Below are positions 19,127-28,502 of a stretch of DNA of 64,000 nt, piece after piece. A program made the translations under genes and the position numbers. The notes under the pieces were generated by a model, which saw nothing but the letters and a program-made list of their open reading frames with translations, had not been told where the DNA came from and ran no database searches. The stretch is from Candidatus Multivoradales bacterium (GTDB taxonomy: Bacteria; Acidobacteriota; Thermoanaerobaculia; Multivoradales; JAHEKO01), in assembly GCA_965223855.1 (NCBI GenBank), contig CBDCXM010000009.1, forward strand, positions 2,496,001 to 2,560,000, written 5' to 3'. Numbering within the stretch: position 1 is the first letter of the stretch; every line of letters starts with the position of its first letter.

Positions 19127-21252
19127 ACTTCGGTCGTCAGAAGCGACTCGCGCTCGGGGCTCTCGCCCTGCTCGTGCCGCTGCCGCTCCCTTTCAACCAG
19201 GTGACCGGGTGGCCGGTATTGCTCGTCTACTGGGGCGCCGTCGGTCTGTTCCTGCGTCGGGCCTGGTCGGATGCCGAGGGGTGGCTGCCCAACTGGGCGA
19301 TGAACGTCCTCGCCGTCGCCTACGTGCCGGTTTTCCTTCTCGACCTTTCGACCCTCTGGCGGGGGCGGTTCCTTCACCCGATCGTGCATCTCGTGCTCTT
19401 CCTGCTGGTGGTCAAGCTGTTCGCGCTGCGCAGGGAGCAGGACAAGTGGCACGCGATGCTGGTGATGTTCTTCATCTTCCTCGCGGCCACCGGCACCAGC
19501 GTTCATCCCTCGGTGGTGCTGTACGTCGTGGAGTATCTGGTGATGTCGCTCTGGCTGCTGACGCGCTTCGTCGGCTGGGAGATGCTGGGGCGCCATCCGA
19601 GGACCGTGCCACCCTCCGGGCGCGTGCCGCTCAAGGCGTTCGTGACGGGGGGCGTGCTGTTCTCGATCCTGGTGGCCGTCCCGATCTTCGTCTTCATGCC
19701 GCGGCTCAGGACGCCTTACGTCGTCGGGCCCGGTGGCGGCTACGGTTCGGCGACCCAGATTGCCGGCTTCCAGGACGTCATGCGACTCGACGGCATCGGC
19801 CGCGTGCGAGGAAGCCGCGCCGTGGTGATGCGGCTCACCTACGACGAAGAGCCGCCGCCGACCCACGAGAGCAGGATCAAGGTGAGGACCTACGACCGGT
19901 TCGTCGACGATGAGTGGCGCCGCAGCGACACGTCACTCGTCGACGGAACTCGGAGGATGATGCGCCGCCTGCGGGACGGCTCCTTCCTGCTCGCATCGGG
20001 CGACGCCGCATCCTGGATGGGGGTGTGGATGGAGCCGTTCGGCGGGTTCCGTCTCGGCATCCCGGTCGATGCCGTCCGACTCGACTGGGAGCCCGATGCG
20101 ATGGAAGGGCTCGTCTTCGGGCGGGGGGCGTCTCTCCAGCTCGACAACGGCGGCGGAGTCACACTGCCGGTGCCGCGCCCCGGAATGGTGCGCTACCGGG
20201 TCGGGCTGGCGGGAGCGTCGGAGATCGGTTCGCTGCGATCGGTTCTGGAGGCGGATCCCGAGTCGGCTCTGGACGCCTCGACGGTTCCACCCAGGGTCGC
20301 TGAGCTGGCCCGCCAGGTGGCCGGAGAAGGCGACGCGCTCGAGCGAACCCGGCGCATCGAGCAGCATCTGATCCGCTCCTACGAATACACCCTCGACTTT
20401 CTCGGAAGCGCCCCCGGAGAGCGAATCGAGAGCTTCCTCTTCGAGAGCCGGCGGGGCCACTGCGAACTCTTCGCTACCGCGATGGTGCTGATGCTGCGGG
20501 CTGAAGGGATTCCGGCGCGGTTCGCCACCGGATTCCTGGGCGCCGACTTCAACCCGATCGAGGACTACTACATCGTCCGCGAGAGCAACGCGCACGCCTG
20601 GGTCGAAGCCCATCTGGAGGGTGCCGGGTGGCAGGTGTTCGATCCGACACCGCCGTCGGGCCGCCCGCTGCCGGGAGAGAGCGGTCTGAGCCAGCTCGCC
20701 TTCCAGCTCTACGACTACATCATCTTCCGTTGGGATCGCTACGTGCTGACCTACGGTCTGGCGGATCAGGTCGGCGTGCTCGCCACGATCCGGAGCTGGT
20801 GGGAGAGCGTGACGGGCTGGTTCTCGGCGAGCGAAGAGGACACCCCGGCAGCCGATCGGAGCCCCGCGACCACCGTCGAGACGGCCGCGCCTGCGGCCGA
20901 TTCGCTCGAGCCGCCGGCCTTGCCGTGGTGGCCGTGGGTGGCGCTCGCCGCCGTGGCGATCCTCGCCTTTCTGCTCGTCCGGCGGCGGTCGTTCACCGCG
21001 GCCGACGGATACCTGCGCCTCCGGGAGCGGCTGCGGGACGAGGCGGGCGCGGAGCTCGAGGCGTGGCCGCCACTCACCGTGGTCGACCGCTTCGCCGACC
21101 GCTGGCCGGAGAGGGCCGATCCGGCAAGGGAACTGGTCGCGCTCTACCTGACGGAGAGTTTCGGCGGCCGGGAGCTGTCGGAGGAGGAGGTCGAGCGCGC
21201 GCGTGAACTCACCGGCCGGGCGCTGGAGACGCGCCGGCGCCGCGCGGCGTGA
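19123..21252 (+). CDS. Membrane transglutaminase-like protein (TgpA/DUF3488 type)
   Basis: About 6 N-terminal TM helices; 'RGHCELFATAM', 'HAWVEA', 'FDPTP' Cys-His-Asp triad. Confidence 0.92.
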   Translation: MNFGRQKRLALGALALLVPLPLPFNQVTGWPVLLVYWGAVGLFLRRAWSDAEGWLPNWAMNVLAVAYVPVFLLDLSTLWRGRFLHPIVHLVLFLLVVKLFALRREQDKWHAMLVMFFIFLAATGTSVHPSVVLYVVEYLVMSLWLLTRFVGWEMLGRHPRTVPPSGRVPLKAFVTGGVLFSILVAVPIFVFMPRLRTPYVVGPGGGYGSATQIAGFQDVMRLDGIGRVRGSRAVVMRLTYDEEPPPTHESRIKVRTYDRFVDDEWRRSDTSLVDGTRRMMRRLRDGSFLLASGDAASWMGVWMEPFGGFRLGIPVDAVRLDWEPDAMEGLVFGRGASLQLDNGGGVTLPVPRPGMVRYRVGLAGASEIGSLRSVLEADPESALDASTVPPRVAELARQVAGEGDALERTRRIEQHLIRSYEYTLDFLGSAPGERIESFLFESRRGHCELFATAMVLMLRAEGIPARFATGFLGADFNPIEDYYIVRESNAHAWVEAHLEGAGWQVFDPTPPSGRPLPGESGLSQLAFQLYDYIIFRWDRYVLTYGLADQVGVLATIRSWWESVTGWFSASEEDTPAADRSPATTVETAAPAADSLEPPALPWWPWVALAAVAILAFLLVRRRSFTAADGYLRLRERLRDEAGAELEAWPPLTVVDRFADRWPERADPARELVALYLTESFGGRELSEEEVERARELTGRALETRRRRAA

Positions 21253-21256
21253 AGCG

Positions 21257-22399
21257 ATGAGGATCGGAGTCAGCGCTCTCGTCCTGTCAGGGTCTCCAGA
21301 GGCGCTGCGCTCCGGGATCGGGCGTTACGCGTTCGAGCTGGTCGACGCCCTCCTTGCCATCGAAACCGAACACGAGTTCGTCGTCTGGACCGGCAGAGAC
21401 TTCGACGCGCCGGCCCGCTGGCGAGAGCATCCCCGGGCTTCGCTGCGCTGCGCGAGCGGCCTTTTCGCGGGCTACAAGACGCTGTGGGAGTGGTTCGCTG
21501 CGGGCCGGGCTGCGGGGCGGTCCGGCTGCGACATCTGGTTTTCGAGCGCTCACGCTCTGCCTTGCGGCTGGCCCGGTGGCTGGAGCGGTCCGTCGGTCCT
21601 GTCGGTGCAGGATCTCTTCACCTTCACCCACCCCGAGTTCTATACCGTCAAGCATCGTCTGGTCGTGGGGCGTGCGATGCGGCGGGCTCTGCGGCAGGCG
21701 GACGGGATCGTGGCGATCAGCCGCCACACCGGAGAAGCGCTGGTGAGCGACTTCGGTGTGGCTCCGGACAGGATCTCGGTGACTCCGCTTGCCTCGGCCC
21801 AGAGACGCTCCGTTCCCGAACCGGCCGATGAGGAGCCGGAGGCGCTCGGAGAGAAGGGGCGTTTCCTCCTGACGCTGAGCACCATCGAGCCGCGAAAGAA
21901 CCTTCCTCGCCTGTTCGCCGCCTTCGATCGGCTCACGCGCCGTGAGGAGTTCGCCGACCTGAGGCTGGTCGTGGCCGGAGCAGAGGGGTGGCGCACTCGC
22001 GCCAGCCTCGAGGGGCCGGCTCGCCTGGGGATCGCCGACCGGGTGGAGTTCGCCGGCTTTGTCGAGGACCGGGAACTGGCCCGGCTGCTGCGCTCCTGCG
22101 CCGGGTTCGTCCTGCCGTCGATCATCGAGGGCTTCGGGCTGCCGCTGCTCGAGGCGATGGAAGCGGGGGCTCCCTGCGCTTCGAGCCGGACCGGATCGCT
22201 CCCTGAAGTGGGTGGACACGTTCCCGTCTACTTCGACCCGCTCGACGTCCACGACATGGAGCGAGCCTTCGCCGAGTTGCTGACCATGAAGCGGTCGCGC
22301 GACGAATGGGCACGACTCGGATCCGAACGAGCCGCCTCGTTCAGTTGGCAAGCCACCGCTCAGGCGACTCTCGAGCGCATCGAGGCCGCGGCGCGATGA
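21257..22399 (+). CDS. Glycosyltransferase family 4
   Basis: 'SGIGRY', 'STIEPRKNL', 'PSIIEGFGLPLLEAM'. Confidence 0.92.
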   Translation: MRIGVSALVLSGSPEALRSGIGRYAFELVDALLAIETEHEFVVWTGRDFDAPARWREHPRASLRCASGLFAGYKTLWEWFAAGRAAGRSGCDIWFSSAHALPCGWPGGWSGPSVLSVQDLFTFTHPEFYTVKHRLVVGRAMRRALRQADGIVAISRHTGEALVSDFGVAPDRISVTPLASAQRRSVPEPADEEPEALGEKGRFLLTLSTIEPRKNLPRLFAAFDRLTRREEFADLRLVVAGAEGWRTRASLEGPARLGIADRVEFAGFVEDRELARLLRSCAGFVLPSIIEGFGLPLLEAMEAGAPCASSRTGSLPEVGGHVPVYFDPLDVHDMERAFAELLTMKRSRDEWARLGSERAASFSWQATAQATLERIEAAAR

Positions 22400-23484
22400 G
22401 AGTCGCTCAGGTCGTCGCCGACGGCCGTCCGGGTGGCGGCACGACGATGGTGATGGGGCTCGTCGAGGCGCTGTCGCGAGGCGATAGCGAACCCGCTCTG
22501 GTGACCGATCGCGGTTCCGAGGCCGCCGCACTCGGCCGTCGATCAGGCGCGCGGGTCGAGGAGGTCGACTTCTTCTCGCCGGCGTCCGCCACGCGCGAGG
22601 TTGCCGCCGCCCTGCGCCGCCTCGCGCCTGACGTGGTGCACGCGCACGGCAGTCGTGCCGGATTCCACTCGGCCGGTGCCCTGTCCGACAGCCGGGTTCG
22701 AGACAGCGTGCGCAGGGCGGTCTACACCGTGCACGGCTACCACTTCCAGCATCGACCGTGGCCGCGCCGATGGCTCGGGGCGCGTCTCGAACGTCGGGCC
22801 TCGAGGGCCTACGCAACGGTCGTCCACGTCTGCCACTACGATCGCCGGCTCGCCGAACGGCACCGCCTGGTGCCTGCTGCATCGGTGGCGACCGTGATCC
22901 ACAACGGGGTCGACGTCGACGCTCTCGAGCGGTTCTCTCTCGAGGGGCATCAGGGCGAGCGTCTGGCGCGGGCGGCGTTCGTCGGCCGATTGGTGCCTCA
23001 GAAGGATCCGTCGCTGGTGGCCGAGATCGCAGATCGCCTCGCGGACCGCGACCTCGCTTCGGTGATTGTCGGCGGAGGACCGCTCGAGTCCGAGGTCCGC
23101 GAACGGCTGGAAGGCCGGCTGACGGCGGGCTCGGTGAAGATGACCGGTGAGACCGACCGGCGGACGGCTCTTGCCGAGCTCGCGTCGAGCTCCGTGCTGG
23201 TGCTGCCGTCGAAGTGGGAAGGGCTGCCGGTCGTCGTCCTCGAGGCGATGGCGCTGGGGGTGCCGGTCGTGGCTGCCGGGGTCGGCGGGGTACCGGAGGC
23301 GCTCGGATCCGACGCCGGCGTGCTGGTCGAGGGGCGCGAGCCCGGGGGCTATGTCGACGCCGCGGCCCGGCTGCTTTCCGATCCGGCGCAGGCGGAAGCG
23401 CTCGCGCGCCGAGCGAACGCCCGGGTGAGGGAGCATTTCGATCTCTCCACCTGCCTCGAGCGCACGCTGGCGCTCTACCGCTGA
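22396..23484 (+). CDS. Glycosyltransferase family 4
   Basis: 'DVVHAHG', 'VIHNGVD', 'VGRLVPQKD', 'PSKWEGLPVVVLEAMALG'. Confidence 0.92.
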   Translation: MRVAQVVADGRPGGGTTMVMGLVEALSRGDSEPALVTDRGSEAAALGRRSGARVEEVDFFSPASATREVAAALRRLAPDVVHAHGSRAGFHSAGALSDSRVRDSVRRAVYTVHGYHFQHRPWPRRWLGARLERRASRAYATVVHVCHYDRRLAERHRLVPAASVATVIHNGVDVDALERFSLEGHQGERLARAAFVGRLVPQKDPSLVAEIADRLADRDLASVIVGGGPLESEVRERLEGRLTAGSVKMTGETDRRTALAELASSSVLVLPSKWEGLPVVVLEAMALGVPVVAAGVGGVPEALGSDAGVLVEGREPGGYVDAAARLLSDPAQAEALARRANARVREHFDLSTCLERTLALYR

Positions 23485-23551
23485 GGGTTTCTCGACCGGG
23501 CACGGGAAGCCCGCTCGCATCGCCCGCCTTGGACTCGGTTTCGCTGGGGGC

Positions 23552-24979
23552 TCAGTAGGCGTTGTGGCGCAAGCCGTGCCGCAACGTCATCCAGAGGATC
23601 TTGAGGTCGAGCTTCAGCGACCAGTTCTCGATGTAGTAGAGGTCGTACTGCAGCCGCTTGCGAATCGACGTGTTGCCGCGCCAGCCGTGAACCTGCGCCC
23701 AGCCGGTGATCCCTGACTTGACCCGGTGGCGCAGCATGTACTGCGGGAGCTTCTCCTTGAACTCGTGGACGAAGGCCGGCCGCTCGGGTCGCGGGCCGAC
23801 GATCGACATCTCGCCGCGCACGACGTTCCACAGCTGCGGCAGTTCGTCGATCGACCACTTGCGCAGGAAGGCGCCGATGCGGGTGCGGCGCGGGTCGTCC
23901 TTGATCGCCCACACCGGGCCGGTGGAGGATTCCGCTCCAACTCTCATCGACCGCAGCTTCAGGATCTGGAACGGGCGGCCGTCGAGCCCCATTCGCTCCT
24001 GGTGGTAGAAGATCGGCCCGCGATCCTCGATCCAGATGGCCAGCGCGATGAGAGGGAAGAACGGCAGCAGCAGCACGAGCAGTGCCGCCGCGGCGGCGAT
24101 GTCGAGCGCCCGCTTGATCAGACTGCCCCAGCCCTGGAGGGGCACCTGGGAGAGGTTGATGACCGGTGTTCCGTCGAGATCCTCGAGACTCGCCTTCAGG
24201 GTCGCGTACTGCAGCACGTCCGGCACCAGGCGCACCTCGACGCACTGCTGGGCCACTGCTCGGAGCACCTGCATCGTCTTGCTGTGCGCCTCGACGGGAA
24301 GCGCCACGTAGACCTGATCGACCTTCTCGCGTTCGAGGACCTCACTGACGGCGTCGAGGCCGCCGAGCACGGCCAGTCCTTCATACCGGAGATCGGCTTT
24401 GCCGGGATCGTCGTCCAGGAAGCCGACGACGTCGAAGCCGAGCTCGCGGTGGTGGAGGAGCTTCTTCGCCACCTCCTTGCCCAGCACTCCCGCACCGACG
24501 ATCAGGATGCGCTGCAGGTTGTGGCCGGAAAGCCGGAGCCGCTCGAGGACGTTGCGAATCAGGTTCCTGGCGGCGACGACGAAGAAGACGTCGAGAGCCG
24601 CGAGGAGAACGAGGAAGAGGCGGCTGTAGCCGAAGATGGCGTAGGGGTCGTCGGCTCTCGCCACCGGGCGTACCCAGACGATGGCGAACGAGAGCAGCAG
24701 CGACGCGAGGATCGCCGCGACGACGATGTTGATCGCCTCCTCGGCTCGACTGCGGCCCCGTAGCTTCTGGTAGAGGCCGTGGAAGTAGAAGACGATCGGC
24801 CACAGCAGCAGCACCAGCGGGAGCAGCGACAGATAGCGCAGGAAGTCCGGCTGCTCAGCCGCCGGATAGATGGTGGCCTCGAACCGCAGGTACCACGCCG
24901 CGAAGAACGCGGCGACGGTCGCGATGAGGTCTCCGGCCAGATAGATCCCGGCCGTGATCTTGTAGCGCTGGCGAATCAA
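23552..24979 (-). CDS. Undecaprenyl-phosphate glucose phosphotransferase (WcaJ-type priming transferase)
   Basis: 4 N-terminal TMs, Rossmann-like 'ILIVGAG', 'IKRALD', 'SIDELPQLWNV', 'VGPRPER', 'GITGWAQVHG', 'DLYYIENWS'. Confidence 0.93.
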   Translation of the reverse strand: MIRQRYKITAGIYLAGDLIATVAAFFAAWYLRFEATIYPAAEQPDFLRYLSLLPLVLLLWPIVFYFHGLYQKLRGRSRAEEAINIVVAAILASLLLSFAIVWVRPVARADDPYAIFGYSRLFLVLLAALDVFFVVAARNLIRNVLERLRLSGHNLQRILIVGAGVLGKEVAKKLLHHRELGFDVVGFLDDDPGKADLRYEGLAVLGGLDAVSEVLEREKVDQVYVALPVEAHSKTMQVLRAVAQQCVEVRLVPDVLQYATLKASLEDLDGTPVINLSQVPLQGWGSLIKRALDIAAAAALLVLLLPFFPLIALAIWIEDRGPIFYHQERMGLDGRPFQILKLRSMRVGAESSTGPVWAIKDDPRRTRIGAFLRKWSIDELPQLWNVVRGEMSIVGPRPERPAFVHEFKEKLPQYMLRHRVKSGITGWAQVHGWRGNTSIRKRLQYDLYYIENWSLKLDLKILWMTLRHGLRHNAY

Positions 24980-26082
24980 GATGCCGATCTCGCTGACTGC
25001 AGCAGGTGCCTCAGCTCCTCCCGGAAACGCCTCACCGAGAAGCGCTCGGCACGTTCTCTCAGGTCCAACGAATTGAACCGCAAGTTCCGTGATTTGTCAA
25101 TCGCCGCCTCCAAGGTCGCAGCGTCGTCCTCTCCTTCGTAGAGCACGCCGTGAACGCCGTTCTCCACGATGTCGACGACACCCCCTTCGCCCTTCGCCAC
25201 GACCGGACAGCCGCAGGCCAGCGCCTCGACGGCGGAGATGCCGAAGTCCTCGACTCCGGGTTGCACGAAGCAGGCGGCCGAGCGGTAGAGAGTTCGCAGC
25301 GTTTCCGCCTCTATGCGACCCATCAGTTCGAGACGATCGTCGCCCAGCCTGCGCAGTCGCTCTTCCTCCGGCCCTGTGCCTACGACCTTGAGCCGCAGCC
25401 CGAGCCTGCGGCACGCGCTGACCGCGAGGTCGATCCGCTTGTACGGTGCGAGTGCAGAGACGTAGAGGCAGAAATCACCTCGCTCGACGGTCGGGTCCGG
25501 ACGGAAGAACTCGGTGTCGACCGGAGGATGCAGGACCTCGGACTCGCGGCCGTAGTAGCGCCGGATGCGCTCCGCCACGAAGCTCGAGTTGGCGAGGTAG
25601 CGATCGACCCGGCCGGCCGTCGCGACGTCCCAGCGCCGGAGGCGACCGAGCAGATAGCGGCGCAGACTCGCGATCGGCCCGCCGCGGTCGGGGAAGTAGG
25701 CATCCTGCTGGTCCCAGGCGTAGCGCATCGGCGTGTGGCAATAGCAGACGTGCCTCGCACCCGTCGGCTTGCGCACTCCCTTGGCGACGGCGTGACTGGA
25801 GCTGAGAACGAGGTCGCATGCCTCCAGCCGTAGCGCTTCGATCGCACGCGGATAGAGCGGCAGGTAGTAGCGATATCGGGAGCGCAGCAACGGTGCGCGC
25901 TGGAGAAAGCTCGTGCGGATCCGGCGACTCTCGAGGACGTCGCCGACGGTGCCCGGAAAATGGAAGAGGGTGTAGATGGGAGCTTCGGGGAATTCGAGCG
26001 CGAACTGCTCGAGCACCTTCTCTCCGCCTCGCAGGCCGGTGAGCCAGTCATGGACGAGGATCGTCCGCCGGTCGGCGATCAC
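24976..26082 (-). CDS. Glycosyltransferase family 4
   Basis: 'LVHDWLTGLRGGEKV', 'CYCHTPMRYAW', 'EDFGISAVEALACG'; GTGA-coupled start. Confidence 0.92.
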   Translation of the reverse strand: MIADRRTILVHDWLTGLRGGEKVLEQFALEFPEAPIYTLFHFPGTVGDVLESRRIRTSFLQRAPLLRSRYRYYLPLYPRAIEALRLEACDLVLSSSHAVAKGVRKPTGARHVCYCHTPMRYAWDQQDAYFPDRGGPIASLRRYLLGRLRRWDVATAGRVDRYLANSSFVAERIRRYYGRESEVLHPPVDTEFFRPDPTVERGDFCLYVSALAPYKRIDLAVSACRRLGLRLKVVGTGPEEERLRRLGDDRLELMGRIEAETLRTLYRSAACFVQPGVEDFGISAVEALACGCPVVAKGEGGVVDIVENGVHGVLYEGEDDAATLEAAIDKSRNLRFNSLDLRERAERFSVRRFREELRHLLQSARSAS

Positions 26083-27260
26083 GAGGCGGCGTTGTCCGCC
26101 GAGCGGCCGTTGCGGGATCGGCGCAGGATCCGCAGGCGATCCCCGTCTCCGCTCAGCGTCTCGAGATAGGTCTCGAGCGTCTGCTCCGCCATCCGGTGCC
26201 AGGTGAATCCCGAAGCACGCTCCAGAGCGTCGGCGGCAAGGGTGCGCTGGATGCCGTCGTCCTGGAGGCACCAGCCGATCGCCGAGCGCAGCCCGGCGAG
26301 GCTCGTCGGCTCGACCAGCTTCGCTGCGCCTTCCGCGAGCTCGCGGATGGTGGAGAGGTTCGAAGTGATCACCGGTGTCCCGCAAGCCATCGCTTCGACA
26401 ACCGGAGTCGGGTACCCCTCGTAGAGGGTCGGGTAGAGGTAGAGCGACGCCTGGCGCACCAGGGCAGCCTTCTCCAGGTCCTCGACGACTCCCGCTTCGA
26501 GGACCCTGCCGTCGAGTCCAAGTCTCGAGATCAGGTTGGCGAGCTTGGGCTCGCTCAGCTCCGGCTCCCCGACCATCAGCAGCGTCGGTGGATCTTCGAT
26601 GCGCGAGCAGGCGGCGGCGAAGGCGGCGAGTACACGCTCCTCGTTGCGGTGCCTTCGGGAGTCACGGTCGAACAACACGTAGCCGGGAGCCAGGCCGAGC
26701 CGCTCGAGCGCCACCTCGTCCCGGTCGGTCGGTTCGGGCGCGTACGCCTTCGAGACCCCCCGGTAGATGCGACGCACCCGCGGACGGGGAATCTCGAAAT
26801 ACTCGACGACGTCGTCGCGGCAGGATTCGGATTCCGCGATCACCCTGCTGGAACGAAAGAGGCTGTAGCGCACCTGAGTCTGGGCGACGAGGGTGGCCAG
26901 CCTTCCCGGGACGAAACTCGGGTGAAGAATGTGGAGGATGTCGTGCACCGTCGCCACCGTTCGTGACGGCACCCAGAGCGGGAGCATGTAGTGGGTGGCG
27001 TGGTAGAGGTCGAGGCGTTGCCGGAAGAGGCGCCACGACAAGGCAGCGCGCTCGCGCAGCGAGTAAACAGGCGAGCGCTCGACGATCCGAGTGAAGGTCT
27101 CCGGCAGTTCGTCGAACTCGCCGGCATAGGCGGGTCCGACGAAGAGGACGTAGCGGTTCTCGTCGTCGATACCTGCGAGGTGGTGGACGAGCTCCCGGAC
27201 GTACTCGCCGATCCCGGGCTCACCGAGTTTTCGGGCGTCGATTCCGATCTTGTAGGCCAA
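26079..27260 (-). CDS. Glycosyltransferase family 4 (divergent motifs)
   Basis: 'IGIDARK...GIGEY', 'TVHDI', 'PTLYEGYPTPVVEAMACG'. Confidence 0.88.
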   Translation of the reverse strand: MAYKIGIDARKLGEPGIGEYVRELVHHLAGIDDENRYVLFVGPAYAGEFDELPETFTRIVERSPVYSLRERAALSWRLFRQRLDLYHATHYMLPLWVPSRTVATVHDILHILHPSFVPGRLATLVAQTQVRYSLFRSSRVIAESESCRDDVVEYFEIPRPRVRRIYRGVSKAYAPEPTDRDEVALERLGLAPGYVLFDRDSRRHRNEERVLAAFAAACSRIEDPPTLLMVGEPELSEPKLANLISRLGLDGRVLEAGVVEDLEKAALVRQASLYLYPTLYEGYPTPVVEAMACGTPVITSNLSTIRELAEGAAKLVEPTSLAGLRSAIGWCLQDDGIQRTLAADALERASGFTWHRMAEQTLETYLETLSGDGDRLRILRRSRNGRSADNAAS

Positions 27261-27323
27261 CTCGGGTGGGCTCCGGGTGTCAGGACGTCATCTTACCGGG
27301 CGGTCGCCGCTGCCGGGGCTCGG

Positions 27324-28502
27324 TCAGGATCGCTGGCGCCGCCGCCGACCGAACTCGCCGGCGAGTACTCGGTCGAAGACGCCGGCCGTCGCTTCGACGG
27401 TGGCGTCCCAGTCGAACGTCGCCGCGCGGGCGATGCCTCTGGCCGAGAGTCTGCGCCTGAGCTCCTCGTCCTCGAGGACCTTTCTCACGGCAGCGGCGAG
27501 CTTGGAGGCGTGTTGTGGATGGACCTGGAATCCCGCCTCGCCGACGACCTCCGGCAGGCTCGAGCGGTCGGAAGTCACGACCGGAACACCGCACGCCATC
27601 GCTTCGAGCACCGGCAGGCCGAAGCCCTCGTAGAGGGACGGATAGACGAACGCCGTCGCCCCCTGCATCGCCTCGATCATCCGCTTTCTCGGCAGGCGCC
27701 CGAGGTACCGAACCCCGGGAGCACGGGCGAGGCGGCGGCGGACCGAGCCGCTGCGCCAGCCGCGTCCACCGGCGACGAGCAGCGGGGGAGTCCGGGGAAG
27801 TTTCTCCTGGACCTGCTGCCACGCGTCGAGCAGTGTCGGCAGGTTCTTGCGCGGTTCGAGGGTGCCGACAAAGAGGGCGTAGCCTTCCTCCGCCCCGAAC
27901 GAACGGCGGATCGCCGCGATGCGACTCGGGTCCGTCGGGCGGAACTCGGGGTCGACGCCGAGGTGAATCACCGACTGCTTGCTTCCGGTCCAGGGGAACC
28001 TGCGCTCGAGATCGGCCCCTGTGGCGGCGGAGTCGACGATGATGTGCGCCGCGGTATCCAGGCTGGCAGGCAGGTGGCGCTTGAACGTCACCCGGTTGCG
28101 CCACGAGTGCCAGTACGGGAACAACAGCGGCGTGAGGTCATGGACGGTCACCACCGACGGGATCTCGAGCTCTCTCGGCAGCGTGGCGACGGGGGACCAG
28201 AAGAGGTCGGCGCCCCGCCCCTTCCTGAGATCTCGGCGGAGCCGCCGCGGGAGGGTGCGCTGCTGCCACCACCAGCCGATAGGTGATCGCAGACGCACGA
28301 ACTCGACGCCGGCGGTGGCGAGATCCTCGACGTCATGGGGTGGGCGATGACAGTAGACGACGAGTCTGAAGCGCCCGGACCGTGCCAGCCCGGCGAGGAT
28401 CGATCGGGTGTAGTAGCCGATCCCGGCCGGAGGGCCGGCGAGAACCCTGCCGTCGAGCGCCACCGTGGGAAGGCCCGGGCGGGCTTGGCTGGAGCCGGTC
28501 AT
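27324..28502 (-). CDS. Glycosyltransferase family 4
   Basis: 'AGIGYY', 'VGTLEPRKNL', 'PSLYEGFGLPVLEAMACG'; ATGA-coupled start. Confidence 0.92.
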   Translation of the reverse strand: MTGSSQARPGLPTVALDGRVLAGPPAGIGYYTRSILAGLARSGRFRLVVYCHRPPHDVEDLATAGVEFVRLRSPIGWWWQQRTLPRRLRRDLRKGRGADLFWSPVATLPRELEIPSVVTVHDLTPLLFPYWHSWRNRVTFKRHLPASLDTAAHIIVDSAATGADLERRFPWTGSKQSVIHLGVDPEFRPTDPSRIAAIRRSFGAEEGYALFVGTLEPRKNLPTLLDAWQQVQEKLPRTPPLLVAGGRGWRSGSVRRRLARAPGVRYLGRLPRKRMIEAMQGATAFVYPSLYEGFGLPVLEAMACGVPVVTSDRSSLPEVVGEAGFQVHPQHASKLAAAVRKVLEDEELRRRLSARGIARAATFDWDATVEATAGVFDRVLAGEFGRRRRQRS

